From positions 62,001-126,000 of the IMG/VR virus record IMGVR_UViG_3300020442_000005: a stretch of 64,000 nucleotides of DNA. One strand, written 5' to 3'. Position 1 is the first letter of the stretch; the number at the start of each line of letters is the position of its first letter. The notes beneath the pieces are model-generated. The model worked only from the letters and a program-made list of their open reading frames with translations, searched no databases and was not told the DNA's origin. Below, piece by piece: positions 48,113 to 58,100 of the stretch. The position numbers and the translations under genes were made by a program.

Positions 48113-49510
48113 ATGGCTCAGTTCAAATCATTCACGCCGGCTGACTTTTCTCAACCTGCATCATCACTAAATCAGCTTATCGACGTGATTCAAGAAGACA
48201 TATCTGGATCTGCAACTCGACGTAAATACCAAGTATATGTAACTGGTGGTATAGGACCTGGTGTAACTAGTTCACTGTATCAAACCACGTACGATCAGGA
48301 CTTTTCGTTGCAGACGTCAAACGAACTGTTCGATATGTCTGTTGGGTTGTTTCATAATTCCGCAGTTACAAACATTGTGTCTGAGGCTCCGGGTTATCGG
48401 GTTGACACAAATGGCAAGCTTTTGTTTGCATCTCAGTCAATGATGATGAGAGAAAAAGTCGATACGTACAGACAGTTTGCTTCTTACTTATTGGGTAATG
48501 CTGATCATGCATTTTATTTAGGTTCGAACACGTTCCCAAGAAACAACGGCACTGTGTCTACCGCAACTGACAGAATCGATGCGGCGCTTTTCATTAATGT
48601 TAAACGTCTGTTTGCTCGTGATAAACTAAGAAAAGAAACGTTTGCAATGCGCTACTACACCAGTGCTTCAATGATCGGTTCTTTTCAAGAAACAGCAGAA
48701 TTTGATCCATCAGTAGGTGAACAAGCCAATATTTTCGACACAAATTTAGTAGCATCAGGCTCTAGAAACATCGGTGGTGGTGGAATCGCAGAAACTTCCG
48801 CGTTTGGTGTTGAGATTTTTTCTGATATTGGTGCAAATGCAGATAATCGAACTACGGTTGCGGGATCTGTGGCAAGAATTAAAATGGCCTCAGACACAAC
48901 TCGCGATGTTGGACTACTTTTTTACGACACTGGTATTGCTGTCTTAGATATGGCAAAGGCAAACTGGGGATCTCAACCGGTCTATGGTTTGATTGATGCG
49001 ATGAACAACACATCATACAGCCATACTTCGGATAAGTTGCAAGGCAACAATTCAACGGCGATGACGTCATTAGGAACAATTCAGCGAGGTACCGTTGTTA
49101 TTGGTGATACATCAGGTGGCGGTAATTCTAACGCCAAGTTTATACCTGATTTTCTTGTGTCTGGAAGTATTGACAACATTATAGATCACGTTGCTACTAC
49201 GAGATTTTCTTCTGGTACCCTTACTGCCATGGCGTTTCAAAACTCTACGCAGATTCAGTCGACTATCTATTTCTGTCGTGCCGCACCTGGCGAGTTTAAC
49301 TACAGCTCAAATCCGACCTATATAGATTCCTCTAACCAATTGAACGTCATCGAAAATACTGCTGATGCAACAGAGCGATCGTTTACATTTATTACAACCG
49401 TTGGGTTGTATGGTCCAAACATGGATTTATTGGCCGTAGGAAAGCTTTCAAGACCGGTTGAAAAGAATGATGAAAAGGATCTTACGATACGAGTTCGCCT
49501 AGACTTTTAA
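48113..49510 (+). CDS. Putative baseplate/tail structural protein
   Basis: C-terminal YFCRA..GEFNYSSNPTY...FITTVGLY...LLAVGKLSRPVEK...IRVRLDF. Confidence 0.6.
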   Translation: MAQFKSFTPADFSQPASSLNQLIDVIQEDISGSATRRKYQVYVTGGIGPGVTSSLYQTTYDQDFSLQTSNELFDMSVGLFHNSAVTNIVSEAPGYRVDTNGKLLFASQSMMMREKVDTYRQFASYLLGNADHAFYLGSNTFPRNNGTVSTATDRIDAALFINVKRLFARDKLRKETFAMRYYTSASMIGSFQETAEFDPSVGEQANIFDTNLVASGSRNIGGGGIAETSAFGVEIFSDIGANADNRTTVAGSVARIKMASDTTRDVGLLFYDTGIAVLDMAKANWGSQPVYGLIDAMNNTSYSHTSDKLQGNNSTAMTSLGTIQRGTVVIGDTSGGGNSNAKFIPDFLVSGSIDNIIDHVATTRFSSGTLTAMAFQNSTQIQSTIYFCRAAPGEFNYSSNPTYIDSSNQLNVIENTADATERSFTFITTVGLYGPNMDLLAVGKLSRPVEKNDEKDLTIRVRLDF

Positions 49511-49524
49511 TAGGAGGACTACAG

Positions 49525-52179
49525 ATGTCATTTGTAAAGCTAAACCAAAATAACTTTGCGATGACGTCTGTTGTTCTAAATGCCGATCGTACATTTGTTT
49601 CATCGTCACTTGGGATAACAGGCGCATTAAAAGTTATTGTGGATCGGTCTGAAACCCAGAAAGATAGTGTTGACGATCGGGTAGGCCTGACGGGTGATAA
49701 TACGCCACAGCCTTTTGGGGAAAATACCTACGAAGGCAGGCGTATTATGATTATGGAAGCTGCGGCATTAGGATCTGGTAACGCAGAATTTGAAATAGCA
49801 ACGTTGCTTGATGGTACCGGTGCGGTTGCTGGTCATGAGCCACCAGAATACGAGAAGTATGGAATAGAGGCTTCTACGACAACGTCTGAAACTGGGTATA
49901 GTGATATATCAATGCATCCCAGGAACAGCACAGAACTTCTTGTGAGGGCCCTAAAACCTACAAATTCAATCTTCTCTTCTGGATCGATGGCTTTGTCTTT
50001 ATCTGAACGGATTTTAGAACCTTATTACAAGGTACAGAACAGTGCTATAGGTTCAAAATTTGTTAATTTTAATTGCATGAGCTTTTTCGAACCCAGTGGT
50101 TTAAAACCGGCTTTGATATATCGCGCACAGACTGAATTAAATAATAACAACGTTCTGGAATACATTTATCAATCCCGAAGCGGAGATTTTTCAATTGAAT
50201 TTTACATAAAACTAAGAGATACTCTCAAAACCGGGACTGTCATACATTATCCAGGTCATTTTAGTGTTTCGGTTTTAACTGGATCTGAGAAAAACGCAAG
50301 CGGATTTGCAACAAATTACTCTCTTGGTTTAGCTATCGGTAGCGCTGTAACCCTGAGTTCGGCTGATACTCCGTATAATTTAACTTTTGGAACAACTTCC
50401 CAAACTCAGAAATCGCAATCAACTATAGTAAAAGATTATTGGCACCACTGTGCAATAACCTATAAACGATCTACTGGTGATACTTCGATATATATCGACG
50501 GAAAACTTAGCTCACGATCCAAGCATGCTCGTGGGATTGCAACTACCGATACGTATAATGGACTGATAATTGGATCTTATTATAACGGATCAACTTCAGA
50601 CTTGCCCAAGCTTACTAGTGATCAGATTCAAGGACACGGCTCCTTACAACAACGCGCTGAGGATGTAGCTTCTAGTAATTTTGACTGCCATTTAAATGCC
50701 GATATCCATGAAGTTCGAATCTGGAACAAAGTCATTAACGAGAAACAAATTGCGCAATACATGAATACAACCTATACAGGCTCATATGCTGACCATCGCA
50801 ATAGAGGTTTGATGCTTTATGTACCGGGATTGTTTGATGTTGACTACAGATACTTACATACTCATGTTGTTAATCCACGTGACAGCAAATTTGCGGCTGA
50901 AAATAAAAATCAACCATCCGGATTTACATTTTCTTATGGAAACAATTCGACACCAGATTTTGGTACAGTTGCATACACAGGATCGCTAGCGGCAAATATA
51001 AGTGATTTAAGTGAATTATTTGATGGAGCCACGCCAGGCGTTACTAAGAAGCTGATCGCTGCCCCGTATAACACGAACCACGCAAACATAGGAAATTTTG
51101 CTAACGTAAATATACAAGGTTTTTTAAAAGATTTTGCAAATATTAACTTTCCTCACTGTCATCATTTATCTGAGTCTCTCGGAGATTTTTATTCAGATGC
51201 TGAAGTGTTGAATGTGTACGAGTCTTTTTATAATACAAATGCAGATTTGACAAGTTCGTTTAACCAAACTTTGGGACATCAAGCCCGAAACTGTTTTATT
51301 TTGCCGTGTGACAATGGCAATTTTAGACCTGATTACAATACACTGTTTCATTCGACTGGCAGCAATTTCCTTTCTAATGATGGGTTTTATATAAACACAA
51401 AGAACATTGGAGACCTTGATGATCTGCTAGATTCCAGATTGTTTTTTATTGATGATGTTTTCGCGCAGCGAGGAACTTTTAATTCTCCAGAATCTTTCGA
51501 GAATACGCAAGGCGGTGATTCTAGATATAATTCTGGAATTGATTTATTTGTTATAGACGATGATCAACTTAACCAAGATATTATGAATTTTGATCAACCA
51601 ACGTCTGCCGGTGCAATGTCAGAATTTTTTGACACATCGGATTTTCCAGGACAGCTTACGACTGTTGTTACCATTCCTCAGCTCTATTATGGAAGAAGAA
51701 TAAAGCCTGGCAGTCTAAAGTTATCAAGTCATCTTTACAATGGTAACCAGGCTCAAATCGAATTACGTGATAATGGTTACGGAGTTTTATATAGGCACCA
51801 AGCATCTGGTTCAATAGCCAATTGGAATAAAGTGGGCGACGTCTTTTATGGCGAAGGTTTAATTTACATAAGGCATCCTTCCTTATACGGATTCTCGGAT
51901 AGTGATATGACATTAGAGTTTCAATCTGAAAGTCAAGTCAATGTTTTTGAAGCAAGCATCCCATGTGTATCAGCACAATTTAACAGTTCATCAAATCCAA
52001 ATTATAATAAGTTACGACCTTCATTGAATGATAATGAATCCGCCGAAGACTTTGTATACATATCGACGGTATATTTACACGACAACAACCTTAATGTTGT
52101 TGGTAAAGCAAAGCTGGCTCAGCCAGTTATTAAAAGGCCGGACAACAAATACTTATTTCGCGTAAAACTGGATTATTAA
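49525..52179 (+). CDS. Structural protein with a LamG domain; C-terminus paralogous to 48113-49510
   Basis: FSIEFYIK...WHHCAITY...IYIDGK...IHEVRIWN. Ends FNSSSNPNY...YISTVYLHD...AKLAQPVIKR...FRVKLDY. Confidence 0.65.
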   Translation: MSFVKLNQNNFAMTSVVLNADRTFVSSSLGITGALKVIVDRSETQKDSVDDRVGLTGDNTPQPFGENTYEGRRIMIMEAAALGSGNAEFEIATLLDGTGAVAGHEPPEYEKYGIEASTTTSETGYSDISMHPRNSTELLVRALKPTNSIFSSGSMALSLSERILEPYYKVQNSAIGSKFVNFNCMSFFEPSGLKPALIYRAQTELNNNNVLEYIYQSRSGDFSIEFYIKLRDTLKTGTVIHYPGHFSVSVLTGSEKNASGFATNYSLGLAIGSAVTLSSADTPYNLTFGTTSQTQKSQSTIVKDYWHHCAITYKRSTGDTSIYIDGKLSSRSKHARGIATTDTYNGLIIGSYYNGSTSDLPKLTSDQIQGHGSLQQRAEDVASSNFDCHLNADIHEVRIWNKVINEKQIAQYMNTTYTGSYADHRNRGLMLYVPGLFDVDYRYLHTHVVNPRDSKFAAENKNQPSGFTFSYGNNSTPDFGTVAYTGSLAANISDLSELFDGATPGVTKKLIAAPYNTNHANIGNFANVNIQGFLKDFANINFPHCHHLSESLGDFYSDAEVLNVYESFYNTNADLTSSFNQTLGHQARNCFILPCDNGNFRPDYNTLFHSTGSNFLSNDGFYINTKNIGDLDDLLDSRLFFIDDVFAQRGTFNSPESFENTQGGDSRYNSGIDLFVIDDDQLNQDIMNFDQPTSAGAMSEFFDTSDFPGQLTTVVTIPQLYYGRRIKPGSLKLSSHLYNGNQAQIELRDNGYGVLYRHQASGSIANWNKVGDVFYGEGLIYIRHPSLYGFSDSDMTLEFQSESQVNVFEASIPCVSAQFNSSSNPNYNKLRPSLNDNESAEDFVYISTVYLHDNNLNVVGKAKLAQPVIKRPDNKYLFRVKLDY

Positions 52180-52727
52180 TGATACTTGGACTTGATGTTT
52201 CTACTGCAACGATCGGATATACGGTGCTCGACAACGACGGCTTTGTTTTAGAAATGGACTTTATATCTCTTAAGAAAATAAAAGGCATAACAAACAAAGG
52301 TTTTCATTTTCGAAAAGTATTGAGAGAGATTTGCAAAAGGCACAGTATCAAGGAAGTCTTTATAGAGGAGTACTTTCAAAGATTTGCTCGAGGCATGTCC
52401 TCTGCGCGTACTATCACGCTTTTATCATCGTTTAACGGGATAGTTCAGTACATATGTCATGATGAGTTAGGAATAGCGCCAGAACCAATTGCTGTGAACA
52501 CGTGTAGAAGTTTAGTAGGCATAAAAACACTCTCGAAAAAGAAGGCTGGAAAGGACGTTAAAGAACAGGTTTTTGATTGGGTGTCGAATCACCTACAATA
52601 TAAGTGGCCAACTAAGATTTTACAATCAGGCCCTAGAAAAGGCCAGCTTATAATATTGGAAGAAGCCAGAGATATGGCAGATGCATGGGTTGTAGCAAAG
52701 GCGGGATTTGTAAAAGCGTCAACATAG
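52179..52727 (+). CDS. RuvC-like Holliday junction resolvase
   Basis: MILGLDVSTATIGY, VFIEE, DMADAWVVA (RNase H-fold acidic residues). Confidence 0.85.
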   Translation: MILGLDVSTATIGYTVLDNDGFVLEMDFISLKKIKGITNKGFHFRKVLREICKRHSIKEVFIEEYFQRFARGMSSARTITLLSSFNGIVQYICHDELGIAPEPIAVNTCRSLVGIKTLSKKKAGKDVKEQVFDWVSNHLQYKWPTKILQSGPRKGQLIILEEARDMADAWVVAKAGFVKAST

Positions 52728-52736
52728 GGATATAAT
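52708..52736 (+). promoter_or_regulatory. Sigma70-like early promoter TTGTAA-N17-TATAAT
   Basis: TTGTAA 52708-52713 and TATAAT 52731-52736, with ATG at 52743. Same hexamers and spacing as at 55095. Confidence 0.7.
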
Positions 52737-52742
52737 AATGTC

Positions 52743-53678
52743 ATGAATGACAAAATAAAATATCTACACGGCGTCTTTGGTAAATCAAAGCTGCAAAACA
52801 ACGGAATAGAACTTATGGTTCCTTGCCCCTATTGCAAGGAAACCAAGAAAATGAAGATGAATATTCGTCTTGATTCTGACTTGTGGCATTGCTGGGTATG
52901 CAATAGTAAGGGTCGATCCCTGGGTCGATTAATTAAACAAAAGAACCCTGCGAAGGTCGCCGAATACTTTGAAAGGTTTGCTAAAAACTTCACCTACAAC
53001 AATTATACCCAATTACAGACTACAATTGAGCCAGTCACAATACCAATTGGCTTTAAATTACTTATGACAAACTTAAACAATCCAGATGCTTTACCGATAT
53101 ATCAATATGCTAAATCACGTGGCATCACTGATTCTATGCTTTGGTCCTTTCGCGTCGGCTTTACTGAGGATTGGTCATACAGACGTCGTTTGATTATACC
53201 TTCCTTTACAGAAGAAGGTGAGCTAAACTACTGGACTAGTCGCTCTATCGACCCTGATAACCCTTATCGATACTTAAATGCAAAGGCAGACAAGAAGCAG
53301 GTCATATTTAACGAGATAGAGATAGATTGGAACAAGCCGGTGTATCTAGTCGAAGGTCCTCTGGATTTGATAAAGTGTATGAATATAAACTCAACGTGTT
53401 TACTTGGTTCTTCTCTGTCCGAACAGTCATTATTGTTTTATAAGCTGGTAATGTTTGCCGACAAAATAATACTATGTCTCGATGCAGACGCTCAGAAAAA
53501 GCAAGACGCAATTGCCGAAGCCTTAATGGCATATGATAAGCGTGTTTATTACGTTAAGCCTCCATCAGACGGACGGGATTGGGGTGATCTGGCGCCGGAA
53601 GAAGTTGAAAGTCATATGTCACAGATAATAGAGTACACAAAAGCTACCCGGTTGAATAATTTAATAGGAAGTTTATAG
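52743..53678 (+). CDS. DNA primase (Zn-binding domain plus TOPRIM)
   Basis: CPYC...WHCWVC, RRLIIP, YLVEGPLD, LCLDADA, DWGD. Confidence 0.9.
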   Translation: MNDKIKYLHGVFGKSKLQNNGIELMVPCPYCKETKKMKMNIRLDSDLWHCWVCNSKGRSLGRLIKQKNPAKVAEYFERFAKNFTYNNYTQLQTTIEPVTIPIGFKLLMTNLNNPDALPIYQYAKSRGITDSMLWSFRVGFTEDWSYRRRLIIPSFTEEGELNYWTSRSIDPDNPYRYLNAKADKKQVIFNEIEIDWNKPVYLVEGPLDLIKCMNINSTCLLGSSLSEQSLLFYKLVMFADKIILCLDADAQKKQDAIAEALMAYDKRVYYVKPPSDGRDWGDLAPEEVESHMSQIIEYTKATRLNNLIGSL

Positions 53679-53686
53679 ACCGGCTA

Positions 53687-53694
53687 ATAATTAT
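53687..53694 (+). promoter_or_regulatory. Candidate late promoter ATAATTAT
   Basis: Motif copy 22 nt before the first ORF of the small-gene cassette. Confidence 0.5.
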
Positions 53695-53716
53695 GAGTGT
53701 AACTAGGAGTCAATGA

Positions 53717-53938
53717 ATGCATGCAGAAATACTAGCGCTAGCCTCTAGAATTAAAGGTGTTACCCTTGACGAGTTAAAAGATAATTTCGGCTTTAAAGCA
53801 TTCGATGTTATCGATGAGCTGGCTGAGGAAAACGAAGTCTTTTTAGACGATCGTACCGGCATTGTTTATGCAGCCGGAACAAACCCGTCACCTTGCCTAA
53901 ATGAAATAATCATATCATACATGGAAGATAATAAATGA
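53717..53938 (+). CDS. Small acidic hypothetical protein
   Basis: AGGAG SD upstream; stop overlaps the next start. Confidence 0.6.
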   Translation: MHAEILALASRIKGVTLDELKDNFGFKAFDVIDELAEENEVFLDDRTGIVYAAGTNPSPCLNEIIISYMEDNK

Positions 53939-54378
53939 GACTTACAGAATCACGGCTTAGAAAAACAATCCGAAAAATTATTCAAGAGGCATTCTATAAT
54001 AAATATGGTCAGCCTATAGGCAGCCGGTACCGCGGCGGTCCACTACATCAAAATCTTGGTGCACCATACAGACCGAAAGAAAAATATAATCAAATGATGC
54101 GATTGCTTAGAGGTTATCAGCGTAAATGCAACCATGCTAGCTTGGGAAATGAGATGAACATGAACGGAGTTTGGATAAAGTTAGCTATGGGTCTTTTATC
54201 AGATATAAGATGCTATGATGGCACACAGGGTCCTGTACAGTGCAAATTAAAGTTTCAAGGTAAACAATTAATATTCGACGAAGTAGAGGATCTCAAATCA
54301 TTCTTGAACGAACCAGAACTTTTGCAAATGCAAAAAGAAGAGACAGAAGAATTGAATGCCAAGTATGGAGAGTACTAA
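53935..54378 (+). CDS. Putative capsid-internal protein with leader MRLTESRLRKTIRKIIQE-A
   Basis: Shares its N-terminal leader with the next two ORFs. Confidence 0.6.
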   Translation: MRLTESRLRKTIRKIIQEAFYNKYGQPIGSRYRGGPLHQNLGAPYRPKEKYNQMMRLLRGYQRKCNHASLGNEMNMNGVWIKLAMGLLSDIRCYDGTQGPVQCKLKFQGKQLIFDEVEDLKSFLNEPELLQMQKEETEELNAKYGEY

Positions 54379-54379
54379 G

Positions 54380-54763
54380 ATGAAAATTACAAGAAGACAA
54401 TTAAGAGGATTGATTGTAGAGGCGGTATATGCATCTTCACCTCAGGCCGCGTACGATAGACTTAAGTCTTTAGAGCAAGGCAACGGCAGATATGATATTA
54501 GTATATACCAAAGGTTCGGTCTAGAAAGATACGCCGATATCATTCGTGCAGATCTTGAACGAAGGCCTCAAAGCCATATTCCTGCAAATCAGATCGAAGA
54601 GGTAGCTGAAGAGTATGAAAAGCTTTCAAAACAATTTAAAAGAGTTAACATAACAACTCAAACAGATAGACGTTACGGCCGAAAAAGATATGCTATGGAA
54701 CATATACCATCGGGCGAACAATTTAGTTTAGGCACAGACCGAAAAGGAAGCTTAGGGAGCTAG
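54380..54763 (+). CDS. Putative capsid-internal protein with leader MKITRRQLRGLIVE-A
   Basis: ATG at 54380 after GGAG (track start 54356). Shared leader. Confidence 0.6.
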   Translation: MKITRRQLRGLIVEAVYASSPQAAYDRLKSLEQGNGRYDISIYQRFGLERYADIIRADLERRPQSHIPANQIEEVAEEYEKLSKQFKRVNITTQTDRRYGRKRYAMEHIPSGEQFSLGTDRKGSLGS

Positions 54764-54764
54764 C

Positions 54765-55043
54765 ATGAAAATTACAAGAACACAGCTTAGAAGAATTATT
54801 AAAGAAGCCGGCTACGAGGGTAGGTATTTTCATCAGCACGGTACGGGTACCTTTTATTCACCAGATGAACAGTTCCGAGAGGACGTACATTTTATCTTAG
54901 ATAACTCTCCATCGTATAACTCGTACTGGGAAAAAGTGTACAAACTAATCGAAGCATTAGATGAAGACGAAAGATACATGGCTGAAAAGATTGCAGACGA
55001 TATGTGGGAAAGACACACAAACAGAAATTATAGATACTACTGA
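54765..55043 (+). CDS. Putative capsid-internal protein with leader MKITRTQLRRIIKE-A
   Basis: GGGAG SD. Shared leader, also near-identical at DNA level (atgaaaattacaagaa). Confidence 0.6.
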   Translation: MKITRTQLRRIIKEAGYEGRYFHQHGTGTFYSPDEQFREDVHFILDNSPSYNSYWEKVYKLIEALDEDERYMAEKIADDMWERHTNRNYRYY

Positions 55044-55068
55044 TACAGTAAAAGTATCATGAGAATCT

Positions 55069-55089
55069 GTCAGGCTAAGCCTGGCTTTT
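55069..55089 (+). terminator. Probable intrinsic terminator closing the small-gene cassette
   Basis: GTCAGGC-TAA-GCCTGGC stem (one G-U pair) followed by TTTT. Confidence 0.55.
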
Positions 55090-55094
55090 ATATA

Positions 55095-55123
55095 TTGTAA
55101 ATTACTTCATAATAGACTATAAT
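55095..55123 (+). promoter_or_regulatory. Sigma70-like early promoter TTGTAA-N17-TATAAT
   Basis: TTGTAA 55095-55100 and TATAAT 55118-55123, intergenic. Confidence 0.7.
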
Positions 55124-55149
55124 ATATAAAATACTGTTTGGAGTTTATA

Positions 55150-58100
55150 ATGAGAATAGCACATATTGCCGACGTCCACTGGCGCGGTTATCAACGTCAT
55201 GTTGAGTACCGTACATCTTTTTCTGATATGTTTAGACAATTGCGGGAACTAAAGGTCGACGCCATATGCGTTGCTGGTGACATCGTTCATTCAAAAACAC
55301 AGGGTATATCACCTGAGTTAATCGATAATTTAAATTGGTGGTTTACAGAACTTTCACGTATTGCTCCAACTCATGTTATTCTTGGAAATCACGATGGTTT
55401 GATTTTAAACAAGGATCGCCAGGATGCGATTAGTCCAATACTTAATGCGTTGAATCTTCAAAACGTTTATCTATACAAAAAATCCGGCGTATATAACGAC
55501 CCAAACGATGATAGATTTAACTGGTGTGCTTTTAGTCCGTTTGATGAAGAAGGATACGCAGAGGTCAAGCCACAAAGAGGAAAAATAAATATTGCTATGT
55601 ATCACGGCGCTGTGTGGGGTTCTCATACTGATATGGACTTTATGCTAGACGGTGACTGCAAGATGGATTTCTTCCGCGGTTTTGACTATGTTATGCTGGG
55701 AGATATACATAAGCGTCAGCAGCTAGATAAAGATGGCCGTATATGGTATCCTGGATCTCCCATACAACAGAACTATGGTGAATCTGGAGACAAAGGCTTT
55801 CTATTATGGGACATAGAATCGGACTCTGAGTTTGATGTAGAATTTTTTCCTATTAGACATGACAATCCATTTGTCACTGTTGATTGGCAAGGTAACATTC
55901 AGTCGACCATATCTAAATGTATGAAAGAATGGCCGGCCGGAGCACGATTTAGAATTAGGTCGACCGTTGAACTAGATCCTAAAACTCAAAGAAAGCTGGC
56001 AACAGTCCTTCGTCGTGAACATGGCGCTGATGAAGTAGTATATCAGTTAAAGCTAAAGCAGTCCTCTATATCAAAAGAGACGTCTGAAAAGATAAAGATT
56101 CAAGATCTTTCAGATCCGCTAACCCATAAAAAACTATTGAGAGAGTGGTCAGACGATGACGGACTTACAGATCCAGAATTTTGGAGTGAGGTTGATCGTA
56201 TTGTAGATGAAACCGTGCCAAAATTAAAAGTATCAGCTGACCATAAAGGTAATCTATGGTCTATTAAAGAAATGAACTTTGATAACACTTTTGGATACGG
56301 AAAAGACAACGTTATTAATTTTTCTAAGTTATCTGGAATTGTTGGTTTATTTGGACGTAATCGCTGTGGTAAATCTTCTATTCCTGGTACTATCATGTAC
56401 GCTTTATACAATTCTAACGATAGAGGAATCGCATCAATTCAGCACGTCATTAACACTAGGCGATCAAACTGTTCAGCCGACGTCACTTTTTCTGTTAACG
56501 GCAGACTATACAGGCTGGAAAGACATAGCGTTAGATATCCTGCTAGAGGCGGTAAGAACGAAGGCGCAATGTCTTATCTGTCTCTCTATGAGGTTGATGA
56601 TGAAGGCAGAATTATCAAAGACCTTTCAGGCGAACAAAGAAGAGATACTGAAAAATCTCTGAGAAATTTGATTGGTACTCCAGAAGACTTTATGATGACG
56701 TCATTTGCCGCACAGGGCAACATGAACTCTTTTATTAAGCAAGGGCCTACAGAAAGAAAAAAGACGATCTCGAACTTTATGGGCTTGGATGTATATGATC
56801 AATTTCAAAGTATCGTAAAAGAAGAATCAGCTGGCGTTAAAAACATGCTTAAAAGGTTATCTGAAAAAGATTGGGTTGCTTTGATTAGATCAAATAGAAC
56901 AGATATAACCAACTTTAAAGAGCAAAGAACTCATTTGGCTGAAAAGATCAACGATCTAAATGATCGCTATCGGGAGTTTTCTGAAAAAGCGCAAGAGGAG
57001 TCTGGTGGCGACTTTGTCGACCCTTCTCAGTTAGCTAGAAAAAGAAGATTACTTGAAAACAAAAAATCAGGTTTGTCTGATATAAGATATCATATTAGCA
57101 CCCTACAAGAAAGACTATCAACCGAGCAGGAAAACCTCGTTGTTCTAGAAACATTTAGAGACAATTTTCCATTAGAATCATACAATAGAAGGCTAGAGTT
57201 GCTCGAGGGTTTGAGAAGAAACCTGCAGAAAATGCAAATGAATCTTAAGCAAGAAAGAACTGTTATGGCAAATCAAAAAAAATCAGTATCACTTCTTAAA
57301 GAGGTACCATGTGGTGATTCGTTTCCTACATGTAAGTTCATTGCCGAAAGTCACAAAAACAAAGCTTTATTAAAAGAACAGAAAGAGTTAGTAAGTAATT
57401 TAAAATCCGAATTAGACGAAGCCAAAATTAAACTTGAACAGATTGAAGAAGAAGGTTTACGACAAAAAATAGAAGAATATAACGACAATCTCAAAAAAAT
57501 TCAAAATACTAAAATGTCAATTGTGGTTTCTAAATCGAAACTAGAAAAAGAGAACAGAGATTTAGCAGATGCATTGCAGGATATCCAAAGACTGTCTGAT
57601 GAGATTACAGACATGGAGTTAAGATCCGATGAAGAAAAATCTGTCGTGTTAGCTAATTTAAAATCTAAGTTAAAAGCGATTGATTCTGAAGTAAAAGAGT
57701 ATAAGCTAGATATGTTTTCACTAGCTCAAAAAATAGGAGAGTGTCAGGCAAATATTAAACAACTAGAAAAGGAATCGGTAGAGTTCGATAGATTACAAGT
57801 TGAATGGAAAGTATACGATTATTTGCTCAAAGCCACGTCTTGGCGAGGTATACCTGCGTATATCATGAAAAAACAATTACCGATTATTAATAGTGAAATG
57901 TCAAAGATACTTCAAGATACTTCTGGTTTCACAGTGGAGCTAGATATTACAGATAAGAAAACTGATATCTTTATTAACTACGGTGATAGTCGGCGACCTA
58001 TAGAGTGCGCAAGTGGCATGGAGAAGATGGTTTCTTCTATGGCTTTACGAGTTGCTTTAGGAAACGTATCAAATCTAAACAAGTCTGATATGTTTATTGT

